From NCBI GenBank assembly GCA_038087875.1, contig CM075977.1, forward strand, positions 37,820,001 to 37,884,000: DNA of 64,000 bases, written 5' to 3'. Positions 25,346 through 36,100 of the stretch are shown here, piece by piece. Made by a program: the position numbers and the translations under genes. This stretch comes from Malacoraja senta (lineage: Eukaryota). Under the pieces are notes generated by a model. The model was not told the DNA's origin, made no database searches, and worked only from the letters and a program-made list of their open reading frames with translations. Positions within the stretch are counted from its first letter, which is position 1. Each line of letters opens with the position of its first letter.

Positions 25346-26013
25346 GGAGTGGTGAGCATTTGGGACCTATGGGTGAGTGTTGGAGTATTGCGTTCGGGAA
25401 CCAGTCCTCCCCTGTGACACCCCCCTACCCCTCAAACTCTACCCCCTCTCTCTTCCTCTCTACCCCTCTCACCCTCTCCCTCTCTACCACCCCCATCCCT
25501 CTCTAGCCGCGCATGCGCAATTGGGGGCTATGCGTGAGTGGATAGGGCGGGGGATGGGGTAAAAGGAGCAAATGAATAATATTAATATAATATCAAGGGG
25601 CGGGGGTTAGTCTGTGTGTGTGAAGGGTGGTTAGTGTGACTCCGCAGGCTGCCCTACCCCCGCAACTGCTCGTTGAGGGGATGGGACCCAACGGGCCCCC
25701 CTTGGTTTCTCTATACTATTACTAAAAGTCTCATCTTGACCACTTCCTGTCTACATTGTAAATAAATTTTAGAAAAACGCTACCGTATATTGCTATATCG
25801 CTACCGTATATTCGCCATCTTACTCACCGTCCTCCTGTCCTCCAACCGCCCCAAGATTTTTTTCGATCGATGAAATAATAAAAAAGTTATGAATGTTTTA
25901 AAAATCATGAGATCAGCTGATTGGTCTTCTCGTCTGTCAATCACCATGATGAAGGTCACGCCCCTTCCGGGGGCCCAGGAGAATAAAGCCCTGGAGGCCG
26001 GACATGAGTCAGT

Positions 26014-26660
26014 TACTTTGCCTTGCACTTTGCTTGAAATGGAATTGGAAATGAAAATGAGTTCTTGGCCTTGCTCTGTGCTTGAAATTGAAATGGAAAT
26101 GGAAATGAAAATGAGTTGTTGGCCTTGCACTGTGCGTGAAATGGAAATGGAAATGAAAATGATTTGTTGGCCTTGCACTGTGCTTAAAATGGCAATGGAA
26201 ATGAAAATGAGTTGTTGGCCTTGTAATGTGCCTGAAATGGAAATGGAAATGAAAGTGAGTTGTTGGCCTTGCACTGTGCTTGAAATGGAAATGAAAATGA
26301 GTTGTTTTCCTTACACTGTGCTTGAAATGGAAATGGAAATGAAAATGAGTTGTTGGCCTTCCATTGTGCTGGAAATGGAAATGGAAATGAGTTATTGGCC
26401 TTGCACTGTGCTTGAAATGGAAATGAAAATGAATTGTTGGCCTTGCACTGTGCTTGAAATGGAAATGGAAATGAGTTGTTGGCCTTGCACTGGGCTTGAA
26501 ATGGAAATGAAAATGGTTTGTTGGCCTTGCACTGTGCTTGAAATGGAAATGGAAATGAAAATGAGTTGTTGGCCTTGCACTGTGCTTGAAATGGAAATGA
26601 AAATAAGTTGTTGGCCTTGCACTGTGGTTGAAATGGAAAGGAAATTAGTTGTTGGGCCTA
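26014..26660 (+). repeat. Minisatellite, 36/42/48-bp units (TTGGCCTTGCACTGTGCTTGAAATG[GAAATG]nAAAATGAGTTG), ~16 copies
   Basis: Direct tandem copies differing in GAAATG hexamer number. Confidence 0.95.
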
Positions 26661-27104
26661 CCTGAAACCACTCATTTCAGCCCACAAGGCCCCTATTAGC
26701 CAAGAAACCAGTTCCTTTTGCCTAAAATGCCCACATTAGCCCAGGAGGAGAATTTTGGCCCAAAAGGCCCATGCCTGGCCTGGAAAAGTCCATAAAAAGT
26801 GCCTTTCACTGAGATTTCATTTTTTTTTTAAAGAGTCCCTTTGACCCATCAGGACTGTACCAGCCCACGAGGATTCCCTTCAGCCCATCAGTAAGTATTC
26901 CCCCTGTAAGTATTAAACCCCACCCCAGTATTTTTCTCTCTCCCTTCATTGGCTCCCTGTGAGATCCAGGCCAGGATAGACTTTCCTCCTTCATTGCTGT
27001 GATCTGCAGAAAAAGATGACAAATGTCTAAAATTAATTCTCCACCCTCTCCCCCTTCTCTCTCACATTCTCTCGCCTGCTTTGGGCAGAATTTCTGGCAG
27101 TTTC

Positions 27105-28054
27105 TGAGCTGCCAGCCCACCAGCCCTGAGTGACTGATCTGCCAGCCCACCAGCCCTGAGTGACTGATCGGCCAGTCCACCAGCCCTGAATTAATGAGCT
27201 GCCATCCCACCAGCCCTGAGTGACTGATCTGCCAGTCCACCAGCCCTGAGTGACTGAGCTGCCATCCCACAAGGCCTGAGTGACTGAGCTGCCAGCCCAC
27301 CAGGCCTGTGACTGAGCTGCCATCCCACCAGGCCTGAGTGACTGAGCTGCCAGCCCACCAGGTCTGAGTGACTGAGCTGCCAGCCCACCAGGCCTGAGTG
27401 ACTGAGTTGCCAGCCCCCTCAGGCCTGGTGAGCTGCCAGCCCACCACGCCTGTGACTGAGCTGCCAGCCCACCACACCAGAGTGACTGAGCTGCCAGCCC
27501 ACCAGGACTGAGCTGCCAGCCCACCAGGCCTGAGTGACTGAGCTGCCAGCTCACCAGGCCTCAGTGACTGAACTGTCAGCTCACCAGGCCTGAGTGACTG
27601 AGCTGTCAGCCCACCAGGCCTGAGTGACTGAGCTGCCAGCCCACCAGGCCTGAGTGAGTGAGCTGCTAGCCCACCAGGCCTGAGTGACTGAACTGCCAGC
27701 CCACCACACCTGAGTGACTGAGCTGCCAGCCCACCAGGACTGAGCTGCCAGCCCACCAGGCCTGAGTGACTGAGCTGCCAGCTCACCAGGCCTCAGTGAC
27801 TGAACTGTCAGCTCACCAGGCCTGAGTGACTGAACTGTCAGCCCACCAGGCCTGTGTGACTGAGCTGCCAGCCCAACAGGCCTGAGTGACTGGGCTGCCA
27901 GCCCACCAGGCCTGAGTGACTGAGCTGCCAGCGCACCAGGCCTGAGTGAGTGAGCTGCTAGCCCACCAGGCCTGAGTGACTGAGCTGCCAGCCCACCAGG
28001 CCTGAGTGACTGAGCTGCCAGCCCACCAGGCCTGAGTGACTGAGCTGCCAGCCC
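27105..28054 (+). repeat. 30-bp minisatellite (GAGCTGCCAGCCCACCAGGCCTGAGTGACT), ~32 copies
   Basis: Direct tandem copies. Confidence 0.95.
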
Positions 28055-28116
28055 AAGAATCCATTCCGCCGACAATGTCCATACTAGCCCTCTGGAAACC
28101 AGTCCCTTCGGCCCAC

Positions 28117-28494
28117 AACACCCATACTAGTGCTCCAGAAAGCCCACCCCCCCACCCCTCACTGGCCACCAATATTGGAATTGGTGGAGAGGTGGAATAT
28201 TGCATTGGGGGCCAGTCCTCCCATGTGAACATAGTCCCCAATGGGTCCTACTTAGTCTAGTATAACTCTAAAACTCTCATCTTGTACATGTGTATATGTG
28301 TGTGTCTTTACATCTTCGCAAAAACACTACGCAGTAACGATAACATTTTTACATATTCTGGTTCACATTTCTCCCCTCTAGGCAGAGATTACCTTCACTG
28401 AACATTTTATGCTTTATTTCTCGACTTATTACTGAAAACGTTTAAAAACATCAAAACATCAAACATCAAAACATCAAAAACATCAAAAATCTTT
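28117..28494 (+). repeat. Left copy of ~378-bp direct repeat flanking L1 (spans module 4/5 junction)
   Basis: Near-identical to 33173-33552. Confidence 0.95.
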
Positions 28495-31400
28495 TTTTTT
28501 AATTTTTTTTTTTTTCATTTTTTTAAAATTAGAAGTAAGTACAATTGTATACAATCATATTTTCATAATACATTTTATGTACAGCTTCTTATTTTTTAAA
28601 TTTTGTAATAATGAAGAAAAAGAAAAATAAATTAGATAATGAAGAATAGAAAAATGTGAGATACTGTATATAGTGTGTGAAAAAGAAAAATAGAGAGTGA
28701 AAGAAGAAAGTTAAGAAATAGAAAATAGAAGAAAAAGAGTAAAAGAAGAAAAGAGAAGAAAAAGAAAAGAGAAGTAAGGAGATCGTATTTATAAACTTGA
28801 CCATTCCTCACCCAGTCACGGATTAGCTTTTACACTTGTGTTGCACCATATGTTTCCAAAAAGACGACAAATGGAGACCAACTCGTTATGAATTGGTCAA
28901 ATTTATCTATTAGGAGGAATAGCATTTCCTCAAAATGTGCGGTATCCAACATACTTGCAATCCACATTTTGAGCGTTGGTATTGGTGTATTTTTCCAAAA
29001 TTTCAACATTAATTTTTTTGCTATTATTAAACCATAATTAAAAAATAATTTTTGAGATGGGTTCAATTTGTTCCCATCTTCCATTACCCCAAATATAATC
29101 AATTCATTATTGGGTTCCATTTTTGTCTTAAATAATTTTGTGAATATTTCGAAAATATCACTCCAAAATCCATGAAGTTTTATACAAGAAACAAAAGAGT
29201 GTGTTATAGTTGCGTCTTGGGTTAAACATTTATCACAAATGGGGGATATATTTGGATAAAATTTATTTAATCTTATTTTTGAGTAATATAATCTATGTAA
29301 AATTTTAAATTGAATTAGATTATGTCTTGCGTTAATCGAACATTTGTGAATGTATGTCAAATACTTTTCCTATGTAGCCTTCGTAATTTTTATCAATAAT
29401 TCCCGTTCCCACTTTTCTCTAATTACCTCGGTCGCAGGTAAATCTATATTTAAGATACTATTATATAAATATGATATTAATTTTTGTGTGTCAGCTTTAA
29501 TATTCATTACTTCTTCTAGTAAATCAGGAGTTATTTTTTGATATCCCTGTATGTATGTCTTCAAGAAATTGCAAATCTGAAAATATTTAAAATAATGAGT
29601 GTTTTTCAATTTAAATTTTAATTGTAATTGTTGAAATGATAGTAAATCTCCCATTTCATACATATCCCCGATCCTTTTAATTCCTAAACTTTCCCATTGA
29701 TTATATATTTTATCCATCATAGATGGTTTAAATAAAGGATTATTCGCTATCGGTGTTAACAATGATAGGTTTCTTAGTTTTAAGGATAATTTTATTTGTT
29801 TCCATATTCTTATTGTATCTTGTATAATTGGGTTTTTCTTATATATTGTATTGTTCATTTTTTTCGGGGAGAAGAGGATTGTTCCTATATTACAAGGATA
29901 ACAATCCTCTTTCTCCATTTTTATCCATTCTGTCTGTTGGGTTGAACTATCCAACCAGTAAATTATATTCTTAATATGTATTGCCCAATAGTAATACAAA
30001 AAATTTGGGAGTGAAAGTCCCCCGACATATTTTGGTTTACATAAATGTTCTTTTTTAATTCTATGTGATTTATAGTCCCAAACAAAATTAGTAATGTTAG
30101 CATTCAATTTAGAAAAAAAATATTTTGGTACATATACTGGTATAGATTGAAATAGGTATAATAACTGTGGTAGAAAGCTCATTTTAATAGCATTTATTCT
30201 GCCTATTAATGATAAAGGAAGTGTTTTCCAAAATGTAATCGTTATATTAAGTTTATTTATTAAGGGTATAAAATTGGCGTTTAATAAAGCTTTATGTTTG
30301 CTAGTAATCTGAATACCCAGATATTTAAATTTTTCTGTTGCTATTTTAAAGGGGAATTTCAATAAGTGTGTAGATTCTTGAGGTTTTAACGTCATAATTT
30401 CACTTTTGTTCCAATTTATTCTATATCCAGAAAAGGACCCGAATTCCTCTATTAAATTTAATAAATTTGGTATGCTCGTTTGTGAATTTGTTGTATATAA
30501 CAGAATATCGTCTGCATACAATGAAATTTTATTATTTGAGTCTCTAGTATTATAACCCTGAATATTCGGATGGCTTCTTATACTTTCAGCCAGAAGTTCT
30601 ATCATAAGGGCAAATAGCAGGGGTGATAAAGCACACCCCTGCCTATTACCCCTTGATAATTGAATTTTTTGAGACAACATGCTGTTAGTTAATATTCTTG
30701 CCATCGGTTTATCATATAATAATTTCACCCATGCAATAAAGTTCTCTCCCATATTAAATTTTTGTAATACTTTGTATAAATACTGCCATTCTACCTGATC
30801 AAATGCTTTCTCTGCGTCCAAAGAAATAATTGATAAGTCTTCTTCCTCCACTTTAGGTGAGTACATTATATTAAACAGGCGTCTCAAATTATTAAATGAA
30901 TATCTTTTGGGTATAAACCCCGTTTGATCAGGGTTTATCAATTTACTAATATATTTGCTTAGTCTTCTGGCTAAAGTCTTTGCTAGGATTTTCTGATCTG
31001 TATTTAATAGTGATATAGCTCTATATGAGCCCGGTTCCTCTAGGTCTTTATCTTTCTTTGGAATAAGCGTAATAGTTGATTCTGCTAATGTTTCAGGTCA
31101 TTTATTTTCTTTAAAAACGTAAGTATATAAATTAAATAGATAGGGGGTCGTTATCTCATGAAACTTTTTATAAAATTCATTACTAAAACCATCTGGTCCC
31201 GGTGTCTTACCATTTTTCAACGATTTTATTGTTTCACCTATTTCTTCGATTGTAATTTGCGCTCCTAGTTCTTCTTGTTCCAAAAGGTCAAGTTTTGGTA
31301 GATTACAGTTATCTAAAAAAAATTTAATTTTACTATCTTCTGTTTTGGTTTTTGATGTGTATAAATTTTGATAAAATTGAACAAATCTTTTATTAATATC

Positions 31401-33172
31401 TTTAGGTAGTGTTAGTAATTCACCATTCTCGGATTTAATTTTATTTATAGTATTTTCCTTTTCCTCTTTTTTCAGTTGACGCGCCAACAGCTTATGTGGT
31501 TTGTCACCAAACTCAAAATATTCCTGTTTTGTAATTTGGAATAATCTTATTACTCTTGCCGAGAGAATTCGGTTAAGTTTAAATTTCAGTAGTATTATCT
31601 TATTATGTTTATCTATAGTGGGATCTTTAGCATTGTCTAACTCTAACTGTCTTATTTCTTGTTCTAACCACATTTGTTCTGTTTTATTCATCTTATTTTG
31701 AAAATTTTCATATGAAATTATAATTCCTCTAATAAATGCTTTAAAAGTTTCCCATAGTAAAGAAGGTGAGGTACCTGGTGTATCATTTATCTCAAAAAAT
31801 AATTTCATTTGTTGTTTCAAGTATTGATAACCCTGTAAGTCATTTAATATATGTGTATTAAACCTCCAAAAAAAATGTTTACCCGGCGTTCCCTCAAATT
31901 TTACTGAAAAAGTCAACAGAGAGTGATCAGAAATACTACTAATATGATATGTTGGGTTAATTGTATATGGCATTAATTTCCTATCCACTAAAAAATAATC
32001 AATTCTTGAATATGTTTTATGTACCGAAGAGTAAAACGAATATTCCCTTCCTGCTGGATTAGCAGATCTCCATACATCTGTTATGTTAGTATTTTTTATA
32101 TATGTATTTAGAAGTTCACTAGTCTTGGATTTTATATTACTCCTTCTTTGTTTTGCTGATTTGTCTAAATATGGATCTAAAACACAGTTGAAATCCCCTC
32201 CTATTATCACATTTTGATAATTAAACTCCAGTATTATATCTATAATTTTCTCAAAAAATTGAGGGTTATCAAAATTCGGAGCGTAAATATTTACCATAGT
32301 TATTGGGGTAGCATAAATTTCTCCCGAAACTATGATATACCTTCCCTCTTTATCTGATATAGTATTCTTTAATTTGAACGGTATACCTATCCGAATAAGA
32401 ATAGCCGTACCTCTAGATTTAGAAGTAAATGATGAATAATATGTTTGGCCTATCCACTTTGCCTTTAATCTCATTTGTGTTTCCTGTTTCATGTGAGTTT
32501 CTTGCAAGTAGATTATGTCGCTTTTCAAAGATTTTAAGTGAGCAAAAATGTTACCCCTCTTTATTGGTTCGTTGGCACCCCTTATATTCCAACTACAGAA
32601 TGTGATTCCTCCATTCTTTATTTGTCTATCTTCTTGCATTGTATATCAAAGTAATATTCTTGAATCATATGGTGCTGACAAATACCTCCGTGTTCTGGAC
32701 GTTGGGTGGTCATTCCAAGTTTTTAAGTTTACATTACATCTCCTTCTCCAAAAGTGCCTTAGATAAAGCAAGAAAAATTGTGATTTACAATTAATTAAAC
32801 ACAAACTAAGTAAATACAAATTTGTATAGTGATTAAAAAAAAAGTGAAATTAAGGTATCTAAGAACAGGTACCTTAAAGAGAGATAGCCACCTAAGGTGG
32901 CGAAGAATTTATAGACTTCCATTGATGTTGTTTTACATTGAGCCCCAATCCCTTATTAACACCTCGTAAAAAACTACAGACCGTCTCATATCTTGTTTAT
33001 TCTTGTTTAACTTTATCAAACTAGCATTAGTAAAAAGCAAAAAGCCGCAGATATAAAATATTAAAAAGTAAAAAAATAAAGCTACCCTACAAGCAGGTAC
33101 CGAGGGGTTAACCTCATTCCTGGTTTTTTTCCAAGTTTATGTTGCGTTCCCACCCAAAAAGAACGCAACATA
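28495..33172 (-). mobile_element. Young L1-clade LINE, 5'-truncated in the inter-ORF spacer (no ORF1)
   Basis: Poly-T (poly-A tail on minus strand) at ~28492-28523; AT-rich 3' UTR; complete ORF2; ~530 bp of non-coding sequence upstream of ORF2. Confidence 0.95.
28830..32639 (-). pseudogene. L1 ORF2 (APE + RT + C-terminal Cys/His domain), ~1269 codons, two in-frame stops
   Basis: SWNIRG, YLQETH, GGDFN, SRIDY, SDH; SLDAEKAFD, RQGCALSP, LYADD; CDKC..HSFVSC; three ORF pieces in one frame, separated by TGA (31098-31100) and TAG (29370-29372). Confidence 0.95.
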
Positions 33173-33552
33173 AACACCCATACTAGTGCTCCAGAAAGCC
33201 CCCCCCCCCCCCACCCTCACTGGCCACCAATATTGGAATTGGTGGAGAGGTAGAATATTGCATTGGGGGCCAGTCCTCCCATGTGAACATGGTCCCCAAC
33301 GGGTCCTACTTAGTCTAGTATAACTCTAAAACTCTCATCTTGTACATGTGTATATGTGTGTGTCTTTACATCTTCGCAAAAACACTACGCAGTAACGATA
33401 ACATTTTTACATATTCTGGTTCACATTTCTCCCCTCTAGGCAGAGATTACCTTCACTGAACATTTTATGCTTTATTTCTCGACTTATTACTGAAAACGTT
33501 TAAAAACATCAAAACATCAAACATCAAAACATCAAAAACATCAAAAATCTTT
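33173..33552 (+). repeat. Right copy of ~378-bp direct repeat flanking L1
   Basis: Near-identical to 28117-28494. Confidence 0.95.
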
Positions 33553-33647
33553 GAATTTAAAATGACCAGCTTTCACTGATGCCGCCTCACACACGGAATC
33601 TTCCACGCGCTTCGAGTGACGTCACCCCACCGGGTGCTTCACCCTGT

Positions 33648-34118
33648 GCCCCCGGGTTATTCACACTCCCCCTCCCCCCCGGGTTATTCACACCCCCCGC
33701 ATCGCCGAAAAAGACGCCACCGGTGGAACAAAGGACGAGCCCGGACATTGAGTCGGGCCTATTGGAGTGTTTTTTTTCAGGCTTATGTTTCAGAGAAAAT
33801 GAGTGAGACCAAGCAGAGAAAGCAATGTTTCTGAGGAGCTAGAATGGCACAACCAACTAATAGGTCGCGGCTTGAATTTCTCTCCGCACAGCCCAGCTCA
33901 AAAAGGCAGCAAACATACCCTGGGTTATTTACCCCCCTCCCCCCCGGGTTATTCACACCCCCACCCCCCCCGGGTTATTCACCCCCCCCGGGTTAATTAC
34001 ACTCCCTCCCCCCAGCCCCCTCTGGGTTATTCACACTCCCCCCCCACGGGTTATTCAGACCCCCCCCCCCTGAGTTATTCACACTCATCCTCCCCACCAC
34101 CTGGGTTATTCACACCAT
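33648..34118 (+). repeat. Degenerate minisatellite (CCCCGGGTTATTCACAC..)n in module 5
   Basis: About ten GGGTTATTCAC cores separated by C-runs. Confidence 0.8.
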
Positions 34119-34190
34119 CCCGCACATTCCACCCCCTCCCTCTCTGCCCCCACCCTCTCTGCCCCCCTCCCTCTCTGCCCCCCTCACCCT

Positions 34191-34606
34191 CTTTCAATGT
34201 AGACCGGAGAGTGAGGGGACCAGCTCAAGAGCAAAGATCATAGAGCAGAGTGGGGTCAGCAAGCGATGGATAACAGGACAGCGGGCGGTGGAGCTTACTC
34301 CTGTGTCAGCGCGAGTAACCTCAATTGGGAATGGAGGGTTATGGTCTGAGTGCAGGTAGATGGGACTAGGGGGAAGAAAGAAGAAAGAAAAAAAAAAAGT
34401 GTTCGGCACGGACTTGAAGGGCCGAGATGGCCTGTTTCCGTGCTGTAATGGTTATATGGTTATATGGTAATGGTCCCTTGATCGTGCTGACACAGGAGTA
34501 AGCTCCACCGCCCGCTGTCTGTTATCCATCGCTCACTGACCCACTCCGCTCTATGATCTTTGCTCTTGAGCTGGTCCCCTCACTGGCCGGTCTCCTACAT
34601 TGAAAG
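34191..34606. repeat. ~120-bp inverted repeat (arms 34191-34314 and 34482-34606) with a CR1 3' fragment in the spacer
   Basis: Arms are reverse complements with few mismatches; spacer 34327-34472 is a CR1 3' UTR with (GGTTATAT)n tail. Confidence 0.85.
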
Positions 34607-34799
34607 ACACGGACCATGCATTGTCATCCAGCGCAGCAAGTGAGGCCATGTCCTGCTCCCGGCGGCAGTCGGAATTTAAGGATTTGCCGGAAGCGGCTGA
34701 CATGAGCGAGGCCGGCAAGCGGCAGGAGAGAGGTGAGAAATTCTATGTCCCGCCAGCCATTTTTCAAAAATGTAGCAACTCAAAATGGGGGAGTGTCTT

Positions 34800-34836
34800 C
34801 GACACAGGTGCGTCTTCTTTGCCGGGAAATACGGTA
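34800..34836. mobile_element. Single TIR-like end of a Tc1-mariner/pogo-type MITE
   Basis: ..GTGCGTCTTCTTTGCCGGGAAATACGGTA (reverse complement TACCGTATTTCCCGG); no partner end found. Confidence 0.5.
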
Positions 34837-35961
34837 CATAAAATAGACAACGATTACAACTGATGGAGAGAGGTGGCCAATGGGCAATGGTGTTTTTTCT
34901 CCATATCTATTTCTTCAAATGGAATCAAGGTGTTCAGCCAAAGCAACTCTCACATGGATGCATCTTGGAATATTCCCTCTTCCTTCTCTTCTTCTTTGTC
35001 AAGTCAGCCGGCATTGCCATTCTTTATGGTTGATGGAAGAGAGCTACTCTATCAATCTCTATCTCAGATACATGAAACTAAGAAGGCAAGCAGATGGATG
35101 AGCTTCTTGGCTGGACCCACCCTAATCTGACTGATTGCTGAAGAGTAATATGCTAATGTCTGAATGATACTAATTCCATTATCAATTCTATTCTGCTGCG
35201 TCACTGCCTTATTTCTGATATATGTGCTCACCCAGTTATGTGGAGTCTTAGACAATAGACAATAGACAATAGGTGCAGGAGTAGGCTATTCGGCCCTTCG
35301 AGCCAGTACTGCCAATCACTGTGATCATTGCTGATCATCCACAATTAGTACCCCGTTCCTGCCTTCTACCCCTATCTTTAAGAGCTCTATCTAACTCTCT
35401 CTTGAAAGCATCCAGAGAATTGGCCTCCACTGCCTTCTGAGGCAGAGAATTCCACAGATTCATAACCCTCTGTGTGAAAACGTTTTTCCTCATCTCCATT
35501 CTAAATGGCTTATTCTTAAATTGTGGCCCCTGGTTCTGGACTCCCCCAACACTGGGAACATGTTTCCTGCCTCTAGTGTATTCAAACCATTAATAATCTT
35601 ATGTTTCAATAAGATCCCCTCTCATCCTTCTAAATTCCAGAGTATACAAGCCCAGCCGCTCCATTCTCTCAGCATATGACAGTCCCGCCATGAATCTACG
35701 CTGCACTCCCTCAATAGCAAGAATGTCCTTCCGCAAATTTGGAGACCAAAACTGCACACAATACTCCAGGTGTGGTCTCACTAGGGCCCTGTACAACTGC
35801 AGAAGGACCTCTTTGCTGCTGTACTCAACCCCTCTTGTTATGAAGGCCAACATGCCATTAGCTTCCTTCACTGCCTGCTGTACCTGCATGCTTACTTTCA
35901 TTGACTGATAAACAAGGACCCCCAGATCTCATTGTACTTCCACTTTTCCCAATTTGACACC

Positions 35962-36100
35962 GGGGTGGAAGATTGCAACCTTCACGTAGTCCGCCCTATT
36001 TCGACTAATGCAATCAACTCGACGTGCACAAACGGAAGATCAAATAGAACAAGTTGTCTAACAACTTTAGGCTGTGCACGCCACACAAAAGAAGAAGAAG
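35962..36100 (+). mobile_element. 139-bp retroposed fragment with (GAA)n tail
   Basis: 11-bp TSD AATTTGACACC (35951-35961, 36101-36111); related copy at ~24915-25008. Confidence 0.85.

Larger units (their letters stand above)
24237..25708 (+). mobile_element. Non-autonomous Helitron module 3
   Basis: Starts TCCTATTATACTAAAACT; ends GGGACCC-AAC-GGGCCCC hairpin + CTTGGT; carries a C-rich simple repeat and LINE-tail fragments. Confidence 0.75.
25709..28260 (+). mobile_element. Non-autonomous Helitron module 4 carrying two minisatellites
   Basis: Starts (TC)TCTATACTATTACTAAAAGT; ends degenerate hairpin CCCAATGGGTCC + TACTTAGT-CTAG (28257-28260). Confidence 0.8.
28261..34190 (+). mobile_element. 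Non-autonomous Helitron module 5 (related to module 2), split by L1; 3' end not seen
   Basis: Starts TATAACTCTAAAACTCTCATCTTG; body similar to 23110-23480; continues at 33553. Confidence 0.65.

Noticed and set aside
26014-28054. CRISPR-like regular repeats
   Set aside because: Units are contiguous with no unique spacers, there are no cas genes, and the context is eukaryotic; these are minisatellites
26806-28241. Long ORFs (326, 173, 164, 142 aa) of LSHSGLVGWQ/AAQSLRPGGL repeats
   Set aside because: Stop-free translations of a 30-bp tandem repeat that switch frame at indels
22015-34190. Autonomous Helitron (RepHel gene)
   Set aside because: No HUH Rep or PIF1-helicase motifs in any frame
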